Shown: positions 1 through 10,719, counted from the stretch's first letter. The stretch is 64,000 nucleotides of DNA from Bacillota bacterium (GCA_009780135.1 WRAP01000002.1:5840-69839), one strand, 5' to 3'. Program-made: numbers and translations. Notes: generated by a model from the letters alone, not told the origin.

Positions 1-1218
1 ATCTATATTTTGACTCCAAGGAAACCCATAAGCATTTCTAATGCTCTCATCTCTAAACCACGGATAACCGCCGAAAATCTCGTCTGCACATTCACCACTT
101 AGAGCTACACTGATATGTTTTTTTACTTGTTTAGAAAATAATAAAAGCGAGCTATCAACATCTGCCATGCCAGGCATATCTCTAGCATCTACTGCATCAA
201 AAAGCCCTTCTGCTAACTCATCGCTATCTAACAAGATTCTTATATGTTTAGCACTTAGAAAATCATTCATTTTTCGAATATAGCTAACGTCAGAATTTGG
301 TTGAAATTTAGATGCAGTAAAATGTTTATCGTTATCTACATAATCTACCGAAAAGGTGGTTAAGGGAGTGCCTTGTTTTTTAATATAAGAATTTGCTATA
401 GATGATATTATAGAACTATCTAAGCCACCAGATAAAAATGTGCCTAGTGGAGTATCGCTGATTAGTTGTTTTTCGATTGAATTAAGAACGAGAGAGCGTG
501 TTTTTTCAACAGTTTGAGAAAAGTTATCGGTATGTGGATGGTCTTGTAGCTTCCAATATGCGTCCATTATAAGATTATTGTTTTCTACAAAATAGTAACC
601 GCTATAAGCAGGTAGAAGTTCATAAATTCCATAGAATGGAGTTTTACCAGGTGTTCTGCCGGGACCCAATAGCACAACTTCGGCAAGTTCTTCTGTAGTT
701 AAGATAGGATCTACAAGTGGGTGAGCAAGTAGTGATTTAATTTCTGAACCAAATACAAAAAGTCCGTTTATGCGAGTGTAAAAAAACGGTTTAACCCCAA
801 AATGGTCTCTAGCGACAAAAAGTCGATTATTATGCTTTTCATAAATGACAAACGCAAAAACGCCGTTAAACTTCTTTACGCAATCTTCGCCCCATTCTAA
901 ATAAGCGGATAAAATAATTTCTGTGTCGCTATAGCCTAAAAGACAATGTCTTCTTTTTCTTAATTCCGCTTTAATTTCTTCTTTATTGTAAAGCCGTCCG
1001 TCGCAAACAATAGAGAAATCTTTTTCACCGTACTTTACTGTAAAAGGTTTTGAAATTTTAGAATTAAAATCTAAAGAAGTTTGTATTAGAGCAACATTAT
1101 TATATGTCAAAATTCCGCTACTGCTACTTCCTCGCTTAGCTAACGATTTTCTCATAGCTTCCCAAACTTTAGGTTGTGGTTTAAATTTTTTTCCTATTTC
1201 TCCCGCTATCCCGCACAT
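1..1218 (-). CDS. asnB: Asparagine synthase (glutamine-hydrolysing). The N-terminal 406 codons are present; the 3' end lies beyond the window start.
   Basis: This ORF is absent from the ORF track because it is open at the window edge. Reverse-strand translation starts MCGIAGEIG, with the N-terminal catalytic Cys of class-II amidotransferases. It continues through FLSGGLDSS (PP-loop) and SGECADEIFGGYPWF. Confidence 0.85.
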   Translation of the reverse strand, partial: MCGIAGEIGKKFKPQPKVWEAMRKSLAKRGSSSSGILTYNNVALIQTSLDFNSKISKPFTVKYGEKDFSIVCDGRLYNKEEIKAELRKRRHCLLGYSDTEIILSAYLEWGEDCVKKFNGVFAFVIYEKHNNRLFVARDHFGVKPFFYTRINGLFVFGSEIKSLLAHPLVDPILTTEELAEVVLLGPGRTPGKTPFYGIYELLPAYSGYYFVENNNLIMDAYWKLQDHPHTDNFSQTVEKTRSLVLNSIEKQLISDTPLGTFLSGGLDSSIISSIANSYIKKQGTPLTTFSVDYVDNDKHFTASKFQPNSDVSYIRKMNDFLSAKHIRILLDSDELAEGLFDAVDARDMPGMADVDSSLLLFSKQVKKHISVALSGECADEIFGGYPWFRDESIRNAYGFPWSQNID

Positions 1219-1294
1219 ATAATCATTATATGTTTATAATTATTCAATGTGTAAAAAATAAACTAAGAAGTTGAATAAATATTCAAAAAAGAAG

Positions 1295-1323
1295 TTGACA
1301 GAGTTTTTTTTGTGGGGTATAAT
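1295..1323 (+). promoter_or_regulatory. Sigma-A type promoter for the TetR/ABC operon
   Basis: TTGACA at 1295-1300 and TATAAT at 1318-1323 are separated by a 17-nt spacer. The site lies ~130 nt upstream of the TetR start. Confidence 0.6.
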
Positions 1324-1356
1324 TGAGTGGATGTTCAAATTGAACATCCACTCAAT
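1322..1356. promoter_or_regulatory. Perfect 17-bp inverted repeat, the probable TetR operator
   Basis: ATTGAGTGGATGTTCAA-A-TTGAACATCCACTCAAT has 17+1+17 nt with no mismatch. It overlaps the -10 hexamer and the predicted +1 of the promoter above. Confidence 0.65.
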
Positions 1357-1453
1357 ACTATTTTTTGCAAAATTGTAAACAAAAATTAGGTTGAAAAACA
1401 ATCTTAGATTCAAGCTACTCAAGCTAATTACTATACTCTAAAAGTGAGGTCTT

Positions 1454-2056
1454 ATGCCACGAACAAAAGAATATGGAGAGATTAAAAGAGCCGAAACTAG
1501 AGAAAAAATTCTGTCTAGTGCTGTTAGCCTTTTCGCAAAGAAAGGACTAGCGGCTACAAGTGCCGTTGACATCGCTCAAAATGCAGGTGTCAGCGTTGGT
1601 CTTATGTATCACTACTATAAAACTAAAGAAGAAGTTTTTGGAACTCTTATAAAACTTGCTCTAAAAGATATCGCAGAGCTTAAAAAAATGTTATCCGATA
1701 GCGATTGTCCTAAAAAGGCTTTAGAGAACTTAAGTACCGAGATAATTGCAGAGTTTGAAGCGGGCTATGAGTTTTCAGAATGGATGATGCTTTTATTGCA
1801 ACCGCCTCTGTCTAAGGGCGAATCCGAGTGGGCTAGCGGAATTATAGCTTTTCATACCGAGTTTATAGACGAGATTGCTGTACTAATATCAAAAGGACAA
1901 AGGGAAAAGCTGTTTTGCTACGGGAATGCAGTAGGCTTGGCTCAGATTTTTATGGCGAATTTTAAGGGTTTATGCTTGTTGCAATTGATGCTAAAAGAAG
2001 AATTTATTGTGCCAAATCCAGAGGCTTTAACGGCATATCTAAGGAGAGAAGATTAA
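1454..2056 (+). CDS. TetR/AcrR family transcriptional regulator
   Basis: The N-terminal HTH reads REKILSSAVSLFAKKGLAATSAVDIAQNAGVSVGLMYHYYKTKEEVF, typical of TetR_N. The protein is 200 aa and lies just upstream of the ABC exporter genes. Confidence 0.85.
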   Translation: MPRTKEYGEIKRAETREKILSSAVSLFAKKGLAATSAVDIAQNAGVSVGLMYHYYKTKEEVFGTLIKLALKDIAELKKMLSDSDCPKKALENLSTEIIAEFEAGYEFSEWMMLLLQPPLSKGESEWASGIIAFHTEFIDEIAVLISKGQREKLFCYGNAVGLAQIFMANFKGLCLLQLMLKEEFIVPNPEALTAYLRRED

Positions 2057-2112
2057 AAAAACAGTTGGAACAGAAACTAAAACATTTTAACCAGCTGTAC
2101 GACAGTAAAAAT

Positions 2113-3945
2113 ATGATAAAATTATTAAAAGTATTTAGTAAAAAAGATTTGTTGCTTGTTTTAGTAGCGTTAATCTTGATAGTGTGTAGTGTATGGCTAG
2201 ACCTTAGGGTTCCTGCGTATATGGGTCGTATTACCGGTCTTGTAACAACCGGTATTTATGGCTTTGAGTATGAGTATATACAGGGTTTTGGTAATGTCTT
2301 GGTGCCGATTATGGCTACAGTTAGCGATGTGTGGCGATATGGTGGCATTATTATAGGCTACACTGTGGGTAGCTTAGTTATAAGTATGATAACGACACTA
2401 ATAACGGCTATTTTAGCTAGTAGCTACAGTGCTAAGCTTAGGCAAAAAATATGGCTACAAGTGGGCGACTTTGCAAATGGCGATATTAAAAAGTTTAGTA
2501 TACCGAGCTTAATTGTGCGTTCTACCGGCGATGTTACGCAAGTGCAATTATTGGTAGCATTCGGAATGCAAATTTTAGTGCGTATTCCAATTTTAGTTGT
2601 CTGGACAGTTATCCGAATGACTAGTGTTAGTAGAGAGCTATCTATGATAACTTGGTTAGCGGTAGCAAGCATAATTGTAGTTAGCTTAATAATACTAATA
2701 TTCTGCCTTCCGCAATTTAAGCGTATAAGAGATAACACAGACCTTATGAATAAGTCCGCTAGAGAAAATCTATCGGGTGTTAGAGTTGTTAGGGCATATA
2801 ATGCCGAGAGCTTCGAGGAAGCAAAATTCAAAAAATCTAACGAGAGTTTAACAAAATCTAACCTAACTATGAATAGGGCAATAGGTTTTGCAATGCCGTT
2901 TATAATGCTTGTTATGAGTGCTGTAACGGTAGCGATTTATTGGGTAGGTGCACATTTAATAGATAGTGGAACTGTACCGTATTATCAAAGCGAATATTTC
3001 TTTGCAGACACTATGGTGTTTATGCAGTATGCTTTTCAAATTTTAGGTGCGTTTGTAATGCTTGTGTTTATGCTAACAATGCTACCTGGTATTATTGTTT
3101 CGGGCAGAAGAATTAGCGAGATATTAAAAACAAATTCAAGTATAGATTCCTCTAATAAAAAGCCTATCGGACTAGAAAAAGCATTTGATAGAGAACAAAA
3201 TATTAAATTTGATAAAGTTAGCTTTAGGTATCCAGGGGCAGAAAATGATGTTTTGTTAGATATATCGTTAGAAATCAAAAAGGGTCAAACTGTAGCATTT
3301 ATAGGTAGCACCGGTAGCGGTAAATCTACACTTGTAAATTTAATTCCAAGAATTATGGATGCTACAGAAGGCAGTATTACAATTGGTGGCAAGTGTATAA
3401 AGAATGCACCACTAGAAGAAATTAACGATATTGTTGGTTTTGTTCCGCAAACTGCGATTATATTTAGTGGTACGGTACGAGATAATATTGCCTTAGGTAT
3501 GGTTAAAGGTAAGGAGATAACAGACGAGGCGATAGAGAAAGCACTTAGAATATCGCAAAGTAAGGAGTTTGTAGATGAGTTAGAGGGTAGATTAGAGTTT
3601 GAGGTTAAGCAACGGGGTCGTAACTTTAGTGGCGGTCAAAAGCAAAGACTTAGTATTGCTAGGACAGTGGCGAGAGAGCCTAAAATTTATATCTTTGACG
3701 ATACTTTTAGTGCGCTAGACTATAAAACAGACAAAGAACTAAGAGATGCTTTAAAAGCTGAAACTTCCGATGCTACGGTGCTTATTGTGGCTCAGCGCAT
3801 AGGAACTATTAGAAATGCCGACCAAATTTTTGTATTAGACGAAGGTAGAATTGTAGGCAGAGGCTCACACAACGACTTAATAAAAAATTGCGAGATCTAC
3901 AAGCAAATAGCACTAAGCCAATTGTCAGAGGAGGAAATTGCGTAA
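2113..3945 (+). CDS. ABC exporter permease/ATPase half of a heterodimer, carrying the degenerate ATP site
   Basis: The protein has a six-TM region followed by an NBD. Walker A is GSTGSGKST and the signature is FSGGQKQR. Walker B is IYIFDD, with Asp in place of the catalytic Glu. The start was moved to the internal ATG (MIKLLKVFSKK) because the track ORF overlaps the TetR gene. Confidence 0.85.
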   Translation: MIKLLKVFSKKDLLLVLVALILIVCSVWLDLRVPAYMGRITGLVTTGIYGFEYEYIQGFGNVLVPIMATVSDVWRYGGIIIGYTVGSLVISMITTLITAILASSYSAKLRQKIWLQVGDFANGDIKKFSIPSLIVRSTGDVTQVQLLVAFGMQILVRIPILVVWTVIRMTSVSRELSMITWLAVASIIVVSLIILIFCLPQFKRIRDNTDLMNKSARENLSGVRVVRAYNAESFEEAKFKKSNESLTKSNLTMNRAIGFAMPFIMLVMSAVTVAIYWVGAHLIDSGTVPYYQSEYFFADTMVFMQYAFQILGAFVMLVFMLTMLPGIIVSGRRISEILKTNSSIDSSNKKPIGLEKAFDREQNIKFDKVSFRYPGAENDVLLDISLEIKKGQTVAFIGSTGSGKSTLVNLIPRIMDATEGSITIGGKCIKNAPLEEINDIVGFVPQTAIIFSGTVRDNIALGMVKGKEITDEAIEKALRISQSKEFVDELEGRLEFEVKQRGRNFSGGQKQRLSIARTVAREPKIYIFDDTFSALDYKTDKELRDALKAETSDATVLIVAQRIGTIRNADQIFVLDEGRIVGRGSHNDLIKNCEIYKQIALSQLSEEEIA

Positions 3946-5837
3946 TGGAAAAAATTATAGAAAACGAAAAAATAAAAAATGATAATTCACAAATGGAAAA
4001 TCCAAAAACGGAGACTCCTGTTAAAAAAGTTGGTTATAAAAAAACGCTTAAAAAGTTATTGCAATTTGCTCGCCCTTGGTATCCCTTGCTTATAGCCGTG
4101 GTGGTGTTGGCTCTTGTTGGTGTAGCACTACAACTAATTGTTCCAAACTTTGTACAAGATATGGTAAATTATCTGCTTGGCGGAATAATGTACCTAAATA
4201 ATGTGCCGTATAGCCCGGATATGCCATACTGGCTACCACAACCAACCCCTAACTTTTTAGAACTTATAACTAGGTTAGGTATAATTATTGCTATTATTTA
4301 TGGGGTTGCGTTTGTAGTGGGTTATATTCAGCAATTTGTTATGGCAGGCGTTACAGCGAAGGTTCAAAAATCACTTAGAAAAAAACTTAGCCAAAAAATC
4401 AACAGACTACCGCTTTCATACCTAGATAAACAACCAATGGGCGATGTTCTTAGTCGCATAACTAACGATGTGGACAGCGTTACAATGACGCTTAACTTTA
4501 CAGTATCGAGTATGGTTAGTGCTGCTACAATGATGATAGGTGCTACTGTAGCTATGTTTATTATGGAATGGCGAATGGCGCTAGTGGCGGTTGGAAGTAG
4601 TATTTTTGCTTTTATGCTTATTGCCGTAGTTATGAGTAGATCTATGAAATTTTTTACGGCGCAACAAAAAGAAGTGGGCGATGTAAATGCTTTAGTAGAA
4701 GAATACTTTACGGGTCATTTAGCTATGAAGACTAATAATGGCAGAAAAAAAGCTAATAAATCATTTGATAAACTTAATAATAGCCTTTTTGCTAACAACT
4801 GGAAGGGTCAGGCATTTGCTGGCTTAGGTATGCCAATGGTTATGTTTATGTCTACATTTGCCCAAATTGCCGTACTTATTGTTGGCGCTGTACTAGCATT
4901 TGGTTACGACCCAACAATTTCATTCGGTACAATTATTGCATTTCAAATTTATGTAGCATTATTTACTAATCCACTTACCGAATTAACTCAAGGTGCATTT
5001 GAAACTCAAAGCACGGTGGCAGCGGCAGATAGAATTTTCGAATTATTAAATGCCGAAGAGATGGAAGACGAAAGTGACTTAAATGCGGTCTCAAGAGATG
5101 TTGTCGGTGATGTGGTGTTTGAGAATGTAAAATTTGGTTACGATAAAGAAAAAGTAATTATTCATAACTTTAGTGCCGATATAAAAGCAGGTAGTAAGGT
5201 GGCTATAGTAGGACCAACCGGTGCAGGCAAAACAACGCTAGTGAATCTACTGATGAAATTTTACGATATAGATGGTGGTGATATAAAAATAGACGGCAAA
5301 AGTATTAGTAAAATCAGGCGAGGCAATGTTAGTAATAAGTTTAGTATGGTACTTCAGGATGCGTGGATTTTTAACGGTACTGTTAGAGAAAATTTATTAT
5401 ATAATTTAAAAATTGATAAAAAGGACGAAAAGGATTTGATTGTGCGAGCCACAAAAGCGTGTGGAGTCTATCACTTTATTAAAACTCTTCCAAATGGTTT
5501 TGATACTGTGCTAGACGAGAATACTTCAATTTCAGATGGTCAAAAACAGTTATTAACAATCGCTAGAGCTATGATAAAGGATGCTCCGCTACTTATACTA
5601 GACGAAGCGACAAGTAGTGTAGATACCCGAACAGAATTTATCGTGAAAGAAGCTATGGATAAGTTGACAGAAGGTAGAACTTCATTTGTAATAGCTCATC
5701 GCCTTAGCACAATAAAAAATGCTGATATGATTTTGGTATTAAAGGACGGCGATATTATAGAAAAAGGCACTCACGAAGGACTGTTAGAACAACAAGGTTT
5801 CTATCATGAGTTGTATAACGCTCAGTTTGCTAGCTAA
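3945..5837 (+). CDS. ABC exporter permease/ATPase half of a heterodimer, carrying the canonical catalytic Glu
   Basis: Walker A is GPTGAGKTT and Walker B is LLILDEATS. The signature is degenerate (ISDGQKQ). The start MEKIIENEK overlaps the upstream stop as TAATG, which suggests translational coupling. Confidence 0.85.
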   Translation: MEKIIENEKIKNDNSQMENPKTETPVKKVGYKKTLKKLLQFARPWYPLLIAVVVLALVGVALQLIVPNFVQDMVNYLLGGIMYLNNVPYSPDMPYWLPQPTPNFLELITRLGIIIAIIYGVAFVVGYIQQFVMAGVTAKVQKSLRKKLSQKINRLPLSYLDKQPMGDVLSRITNDVDSVTMTLNFTVSSMVSAATMMIGATVAMFIMEWRMALVAVGSSIFAFMLIAVVMSRSMKFFTAQQKEVGDVNALVEEYFTGHLAMKTNNGRKKANKSFDKLNNSLFANNWKGQAFAGLGMPMVMFMSTFAQIAVLIVGAVLAFGYDPTISFGTIIAFQIYVALFTNPLTELTQGAFETQSTVAAADRIFELLNAEEMEDESDLNAVSRDVVGDVVFENVKFGYDKEKVIIHNFSADIKAGSKVAIVGPTGAGKTTLVNLLMKFYDIDGGDIKIDGKSISKIRRGNVSNKFSMVLQDAWIFNGTVRENLLYNLKIDKKDEKDLIVRATKACGVYHFIKTLPNGFDTVLDENTSISDGQKQLLTIARAMIKDAPLLILDEATSSVDTRTEFIVKEAMDKLTEGRTSFVIAHRLSTIKNADMILVLKDGDIIEKGTHEGLLEQQGFYHELYNAQFAS

Positions 5838-5844
5838 GGAATAA

Positions 5845-6033
5845 CTACAAATCATCCGCATCCTGCGTTGGTATTCCATCATCCCAAATACTTGTGCCTG
5901 TATAACTGCCTGATGGATCTTGTGGCGAACCGCAAGACTCAAATATTTTGCATATTCTATCTGTTAACTCTAACGAAACAGAAGCATCAGTTAATAATTT
6001 TTGTTTATCTTTTTTGTTTTTTTCTCTTTTCAT
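5845..6033 (-). CDS. Small hypothetical protein of 62 aa with a basic N-terminus and an acidic C-terminus
   Basis: Called from an ORF only. The start was placed at the internal MKREKNKKDKQK. I recognise no family. Confidence 0.3.
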   Translation of the reverse strand: MKREKNKKDKQKLLTDASVSLELTDRICKIFESCGSPQDPSGSYTGTSIWDDGIPTQDADDL

Positions 6034-6142
6034 AATATCAGTAGTGTGTGTATGTTTTATTATAAAAATTCGCACTTGACAAAGTTGGCAATCTATAACA
6101 TAATAAAAATCTGCCAAAGTATGCAGTGATGAATAATTTTTT

Positions 6143-6895
6143 ATGGAAGTAATAAAAATAAAATCAAAAAATAAAAAAAATAAATTAGTTTTAGTAACGA
6201 TAATTATGCTTTCTATAAGTTTGTTTTTTGTAGGTTGCTTTTGGCAAGATTCTAGAGTAGTCTACACCGAGTGCGGATTTAGACTTTCTAGATTAACAGG
6301 TACTGGTCAAATGGGGCATACTTTTATTGCTCAAAAATATTTGGGCGATAACTTAGACATAACAATTCCTATAGAGCATAACGGTTACACAATCACTACA
6401 TTAGGTGAACGACTTGCAATTCCGAGGCATTTTAGATTAGCTAATCAAGTAGAAAAAATCACAATTCAATCAAACATTATACAGTTTAATGGAATTGTTG
6501 GTTTAGAGGAAGCGACTCCGCTGCAGCTTAAAGAAATTTATGTTACTAGCGATAATACTAATTACAAATCTATAAATGGAGTATTATATAGAATAAGCGA
6601 TGGTGTTTTAGCTTTTTATCCGCCTGCTAAGCAAAATTTATCATATGTATTGCCGATAGCCGGAGTGCAATATCACTCGGAGAGTCGGCTTCTTAGGCAT
6701 GTGTTAAATAATAGATATTTACAAAATCTATTTATCCCATGGAATGAAGTTTTACGTATAGAGTTTAATTTGTCTGCTCTGCAAAATATTTTTGTGCCAA
6801 ATTCGCTAGTTGGAGCATATCGCTTGCACTTTAGAGATTTCGGATTAGAAGATTTGGTGCAACCGCTACCGAGAAACTGGCAAGAATTGGTTTGA
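6143..6895 (+). CDS. Putative lipoprotein with BspA-like leucine-rich repeats
   Basis: The signal sequence and lipobox read LSISLFFVGC. The segment TSDNTNYKSINGVLYRISDGVLAFYPPAK resembles BspA-type LRR proteins. Confidence 0.55.
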   Translation: MEVIKIKSKNKKNKLVLVTIIMLSISLFFVGCFWQDSRVVYTECGFRLSRLTGTGQMGHTFIAQKYLGDNLDITIPIEHNGYTITTLGERLAIPRHFRLANQVEKITIQSNIIQFNGIVGLEEATPLQLKEIYVTSDNTNYKSINGVLYRISDGVLAFYPPAKQNLSYVLPIAGVQYHSESRLLRHVLNNRYLQNLFIPWNEVLRIEFNLSALQNIFVPNSLVGAYRLHFRDFGLEDLVQPLPRNWQELV

Positions 6896-6948
6896 CACAA
6901 GTAGAATAGTATACTAAATTATAATATTCAAGGGGAAATAATAAAACT

Positions 6949-7212
6949 ATGAAAGCAGTTGTAACAGTTATAGGAAAAGATAAAACGGGCATTATTGCTT
7001 CGGTTACAGGGGAGCTACATAAGCTAGGTGCTAATGTAGAGGATATCTCGCAAACAATTTTGCAAGAATATTTTGTTATGACGATGCTTGTAAGTTGTCG
7101 TAGTGTAGAATTTGAAAAGTTATCTAATGCTTTAAGCGAATTAGCAAAAAAAGTCGGCGTAGACATTAAAGCTATGCATGAGGATTTATTTAATGTAATG
7201 CATCGAATATAG
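6949..7212 (+). CDS. ACT domain protein (UPF0237 family)
   Basis: The sequence MKAVVTVIGKDKTGIIASVTGELHKLGANVEDISQT is a typical ACT fold start. The gene is paired with a UPF0210 gene, as in many Firmicutes. Confidence 0.8.
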   Translation: MKAVVTVIGKDKTGIIASVTGELHKLGANVEDISQTILQEYFVMTMLVSCRSVEFEKLSNALSELAKKVGVDIKAMHEDLFNVMHRI

Positions 7213-7326
7213 TGCCATAAGGGCATAGTGAAGGTTTTATTTATGATATTAAAATTATGTTCTTATTAGTTATTAAATAAATCTAAAATTATGCACTAAG
7301 TACTATGCTCTATGTACTGAAAAATT

Positions 7327-8679
7327 ATGGTTTCAAAAAACGAAATACTGCAAACGGTTCAAATGATTAGTGAACAACATTTGGACATAAGAACTCTTAC
7401 GCTTTCGCTAGGATTATTTGATTGTATATCAACCGATAAGAAAAAAACGGCTGATATGGTTTATGATAAAATTTGTAGATTGGGCGGAAACTTGGTAAGT
7501 GTAGGTGAGGCACTTTCTAGGGAATATGGTGTTCCTATTGTTAATAAAAGGATAGCAGTAACGCCAATTGCTATGATTGGAGCGTCAAGCGGAGGATATA
7601 TCGAATTAGCGAAAGCGTTGGATAAATCCGCAAAAGAAATTGGTATAGATTTTATCGGCGGATATTCGGCATTAGTACAAAAGGATTTTTGTGAAAAAGA
7701 AAAGCAGTTTTTACTATCTATTCCAGAGGCTCTATCATCAACAAATAAAGTATGTGGTTCGGTTGCTGTAGCTAGCACAAGGGCAGGTATAAATATGGAC
7801 GCTGTTGCCTTAATGGGCGATATTATAAAGGATTTGGCAAAAAAAACAGCTAAGGACGGTGGAATCGGTTGTGCTAAATTGGTTGTGTTTTGTAATGCGG
7901 TAGAGGATAATCCGTTTATGGCAGGAGCATTCACAGGTGTTGGTGAGGGTGATGCGGCACTTAATGTCGGTGTTAGTGGTCCAGGTGTTGTAGAAAAAGC
8001 GGTTAAGGCATATCCGAGTGCGGATTTTGCTACACTTGCTGAGGTTATCAAAAAAACAGCTTTCAAAATCACTAGAGCAGGGGAGCTTATAGGTAGACAA
8101 GCAGCAAAGCGTTTGGGGGTAAAGTTTGGAATATTAGATTTATCGCTAGCACCTACTCCTCTAGAAGGCGACTCAGTGGCAAGCATTTTAGAAGAGTTTG
8201 GTTTAGAGCGAGTTGGTACGCATGGCACAACGGCAGCACTTGCAATGCTTAACGATGCAGTTAAAAAAGGTGGAATTATGGCTAGTGGCTCTTGTGGTGG
8301 TCTTAGTGGTGCGTTTATTCCGGTTAGCGAAGATGCAGGCATGATAAGAAGTGCTAAAGAGGGGATTTTAACAATAGATAAATTAGAAGCTATGACAAGT
8401 GTGTGTTCGGTTGGTTTAGATATGATAGCTGTGCCAGGCGATACGCCTGCTAGTACAATATCAGCTATTATAGCAGACGAGTGTGCTATTGGTATGATAA
8501 ACAATAAAACCACCGCTGTTAGAATTATTCCTGCTCCAAATAAAGAAGTAGGTGATGAGGTAGAGTTTGGTGGGTTGCTTGGTACAGCCCCAATAATGTC
8601 AGTGCACAAATCATCAAGCGAAAAATTCATAAAACGAGGCGGTAGAATCCCCGCTCCATGTCATAGTTATAAGAATTAA
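7327..8679 (+). CDS. UPF0210 (DUF711/PFL-like) protein
   Basis: The protein is 450 aa with a Gly/Ala-rich conserved core ([20 protein letters not shown]). It keeps the conserved pairing with the upstream ACT gene. Confidence 0.75.
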   Translation: MVSKNEILQTVQMISEQHLDIRTLTLSLGLFDCISTDKKKTADMVYDKICRLGGNLVSVGEALSREYGVPIVNKRIAVTPIAMIGASSGGYIELAKALDKSAKEIGIDFIGGYSALVQKDFCEKEKQFLLSIPEALSSTNKVCGSVAVASTRAGINMDAVALMGDIIKDLAKKTAKDGGIGCAKLVVFCNAVEDNPFMAGAFTGVGEGDAALNVGVSGPGVVEKAVKAYPSADFATLAEVIKKTAFKITRAGELIGRQAAKRLGVKFGILDLSLAPTPLEGDSVASILEEFGLERVGTHGTTAALAMLNDAVKKGGIMASGSCGGLSGAFIPVSEDAGMIRSAKEGILTIDKLEAMTSVCSVGLDMIAVPGDTPASTISAIIADECAIGMINNKTTAVRIIPAPNKEVGDEVEFGGLLGTAPIMSVHKSSSEKFIKRGGRIPAPCHSYKN

Positions 8680-8757
8680 CTTTCTTAATCTTGAAAATCT
8701 ATTAAAAAATTATTAAAAAAATGTTTGCATTAAAATAAATAATATGTTATTATATAA

Positions 8758-8796
8758 ATACGCTGTGTAGGGAAATTATACATATAGCGTATTTTT
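8758..8796 (+). terminator. Rho-independent terminator candidate downstream of the UPF0210 gene
   Basis: ATACGCTTGTGTA...TACATAAGCGTAT forms a ~13-bp stem with one G-U pair and an 8-nt loop. It is followed by TTTT. Confidence 0.5.
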
Positions 8797-8873
8797 GTTA
8801 AAATATAATCATAGATTAGCAATAATATCCGATTAGTAAATCACCCCCAAAAAAGGAGTAACAATATAAAATA

Positions 8874-10658
8874 ATGACAAAACAACTAAAACAACAAGAT
8901 GTACAAGAAAAGCACAGATGGCGTCTAGAGGATATTTATGCTTCGCCTACTGAGTGGGAAGAAGAGCTACAAAAAGCTAACAAGGATTCTGTTAAGGTTC
9001 TTAAGTTTAAGGGTAAGCTGAGTTCTGCCGACGGAGTTTTAGAAGCATATGCTTTTTGCGACGATTTCGAGCAAAGATTAGAAAAGCTTTATTGTTATGC
9101 TATGTTGGCTAGCGACAGAGATTTAGCCGATAGTAAATTTCAAGAATATCGCACAAAAGCATATACGCTAATGGTAAAATTTAATTCTGCGGCATCATTT
9201 ATGAATCCCGAGTTATCTAAATTAGAAGAGAGTTTTCTACAAGAGCTTATACAAGATTCAAGATTTTCAGCTTATACATATCGCTTAGAAGAAATTATAA
9301 AAAATAAGAAGTATATCTTAAGCGAGGCGGAGGAAAGAATTTTAGCATTAGCAGGTAAAACTCTAGCAGGTTTTAAGGAAACCTTTTCTAAAATAGATAA
9401 TGTAGACCTTAAATTCCCTACAATCACGGTAGATGGCGAAAAACATCCGTTAACTCATGCCACTTACGCTGAGCTTCTGAGTCATCCAAATCAAGAGCTT
9501 CGTAAAAAAGCATTTAGAACACTTTACAAAACTTACGAAGGAGTTATTCATACGCTGTGTGCTAATTTTGGTTCCAGCATAAATAAAGATAACTTTTTGG
9601 CAACAGTTAAAGGTTATAAAAGTGCATTAGATTTATCGCTTACTAATAACGATGTGCCAAGTGAAGTTTATGGTAAATTGCTTAGCCAAGTAGACGAAAA
9701 CCTACCCGCTATGCATGACTATATGGAGTTTAGAAAAAAGCAACTTAAATTAGAAGAAATTCATATGTACGATCTTCATGTAGCACTTTTTGAGGATGCT
9801 GAATTAAGATTAGATTACGAAGGTGCTTATGACTTAATGCTAGAAGCACTTAAACCTATGGGCGAAGAATACCTTCAACTTCTTACAAAGGCACGAAAAA
9901 ACCGTTGGATAGATGTAGAAGAAACCGAAAATAAAAGAAGCGGTGCCTATAGCTGTGGTGTTTATGGTGTTCATCCGTTTGTACTGCTTAATTATAAGCC
10001 AACTACTCATGATGTGTTTACTTTAGCACATGAAATGGGTCATGCACTTCATAGCTTTTATTCTAGTAAAAACCAGCCTTACGCTAAAAATGATTACTCT
10101 ATATTTGTAGCAGAGGTGGCATCGACTGTAAATGAAGTGTTATTACTTAAGCATCTTCAAAAAACAGTTACAGACGAAAAAATTAAAAGATACTTATTGT
10201 CTTACTATTTAGATATGTTTAGAACAACTCTATTTAGACAAACTATGTTTGCTGAATTTGAAAGAGAGGTTCATACTAAAGAACAAGCAGGCACTCCGTT
10301 GACTGTAGACTATTTAAGTAAGTATTACTTAAAATTAAACAAAAAATACTACGGCAGTGCAGTTTCTGTAGATAGGCAAATTAAGTACGAATGGGCGAGA
10401 ATTCCTCATTTTTACAGTGCTTATTATGTATATCAGTATGCTACAGGTATTACAAGTGCTGTTACTATTGCTAACGGTATTTTATCTGGTGATCCTAAGG
10501 CATTAGAGAGATATAAGCAATTCTTGTCTGCTGGCGGTCATAAGTCTCCGTATGAGATTCTAAAAGATGCCGGTGTAGATTTACTTACAGACCAGCCGTA
10601 TAAAGTGGCATTTGGCGAGTTTAAGTCGGCACTTAAAGAACTTAAAAAACTTTGTTAA
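8874..10658 (+). CDS. pepF: Oligoendopeptidase F (M3B family)
   Basis: The protein is 594 aa and carries the zinc motif TLAHEMGHALHS. The overall M3B layout is present. Confidence 0.9.
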   Translation: MTKQLKQQDVQEKHRWRLEDIYASPTEWEEELQKANKDSVKVLKFKGKLSSADGVLEAYAFCDDFEQRLEKLYCYAMLASDRDLADSKFQEYRTKAYTLMVKFNSAASFMNPELSKLEESFLQELIQDSRFSAYTYRLEEIIKNKKYILSEAEERILALAGKTLAGFKETFSKIDNVDLKFPTITVDGEKHPLTHATYAELLSHPNQELRKKAFRTLYKTYEGVIHTLCANFGSSINKDNFLATVKGYKSALDLSLTNNDVPSEVYGKLLSQVDENLPAMHDYMEFRKKQLKLEEIHMYDLHVALFEDAELRLDYEGAYDLMLEALKPMGEEYLQLLTKARKNRWIDVEETENKRSGAYSCGVYGVHPFVLLNYKPTTHDVFTLAHEMGHALHSFYSSKNQPYAKNDYSIFVAEVASTVNEVLLLKHLQKTVTDEKIKRYLLSYYLDMFRTTLFRQTMFAEFEREVHTKEQAGTPLTVDYLSKYYLKLNKKYYGSAVSVDRQIKYEWARIPHFYSAYYVYQYATGITSAVTIANGILSGDPKALERYKQFLSAGGHKSPYEILKDAGVDLLTDQPYKVAFGEFKSALKELKKLC

Positions 10659-10719
10659 TGCATTTAACATAATAAAAGCATATAAAATAACACAAAATAT
10701 AAAAAGGAAATAAGATATT

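Noticed and set aside
1240-1422. A 60-aa minus-strand ORF lies across the TetR promoter/operator region.
   Set aside because: It runs through a consensus promoter and a perfect palindrome, with no RBS. The region is better explained as regulatory DNA.
7461-8630. A 389-aa ORF lies antisense to the UPF0210 gene. A 96-aa ORF at 7810-8100 is similar.
   Set aside because: It mirrors a conserved Gly/Ala-rich gene. The antisense frame is low-complexity (P/S/A/I-rich) with no recognisable motifs or RBS. This is a typical shadow ORF.
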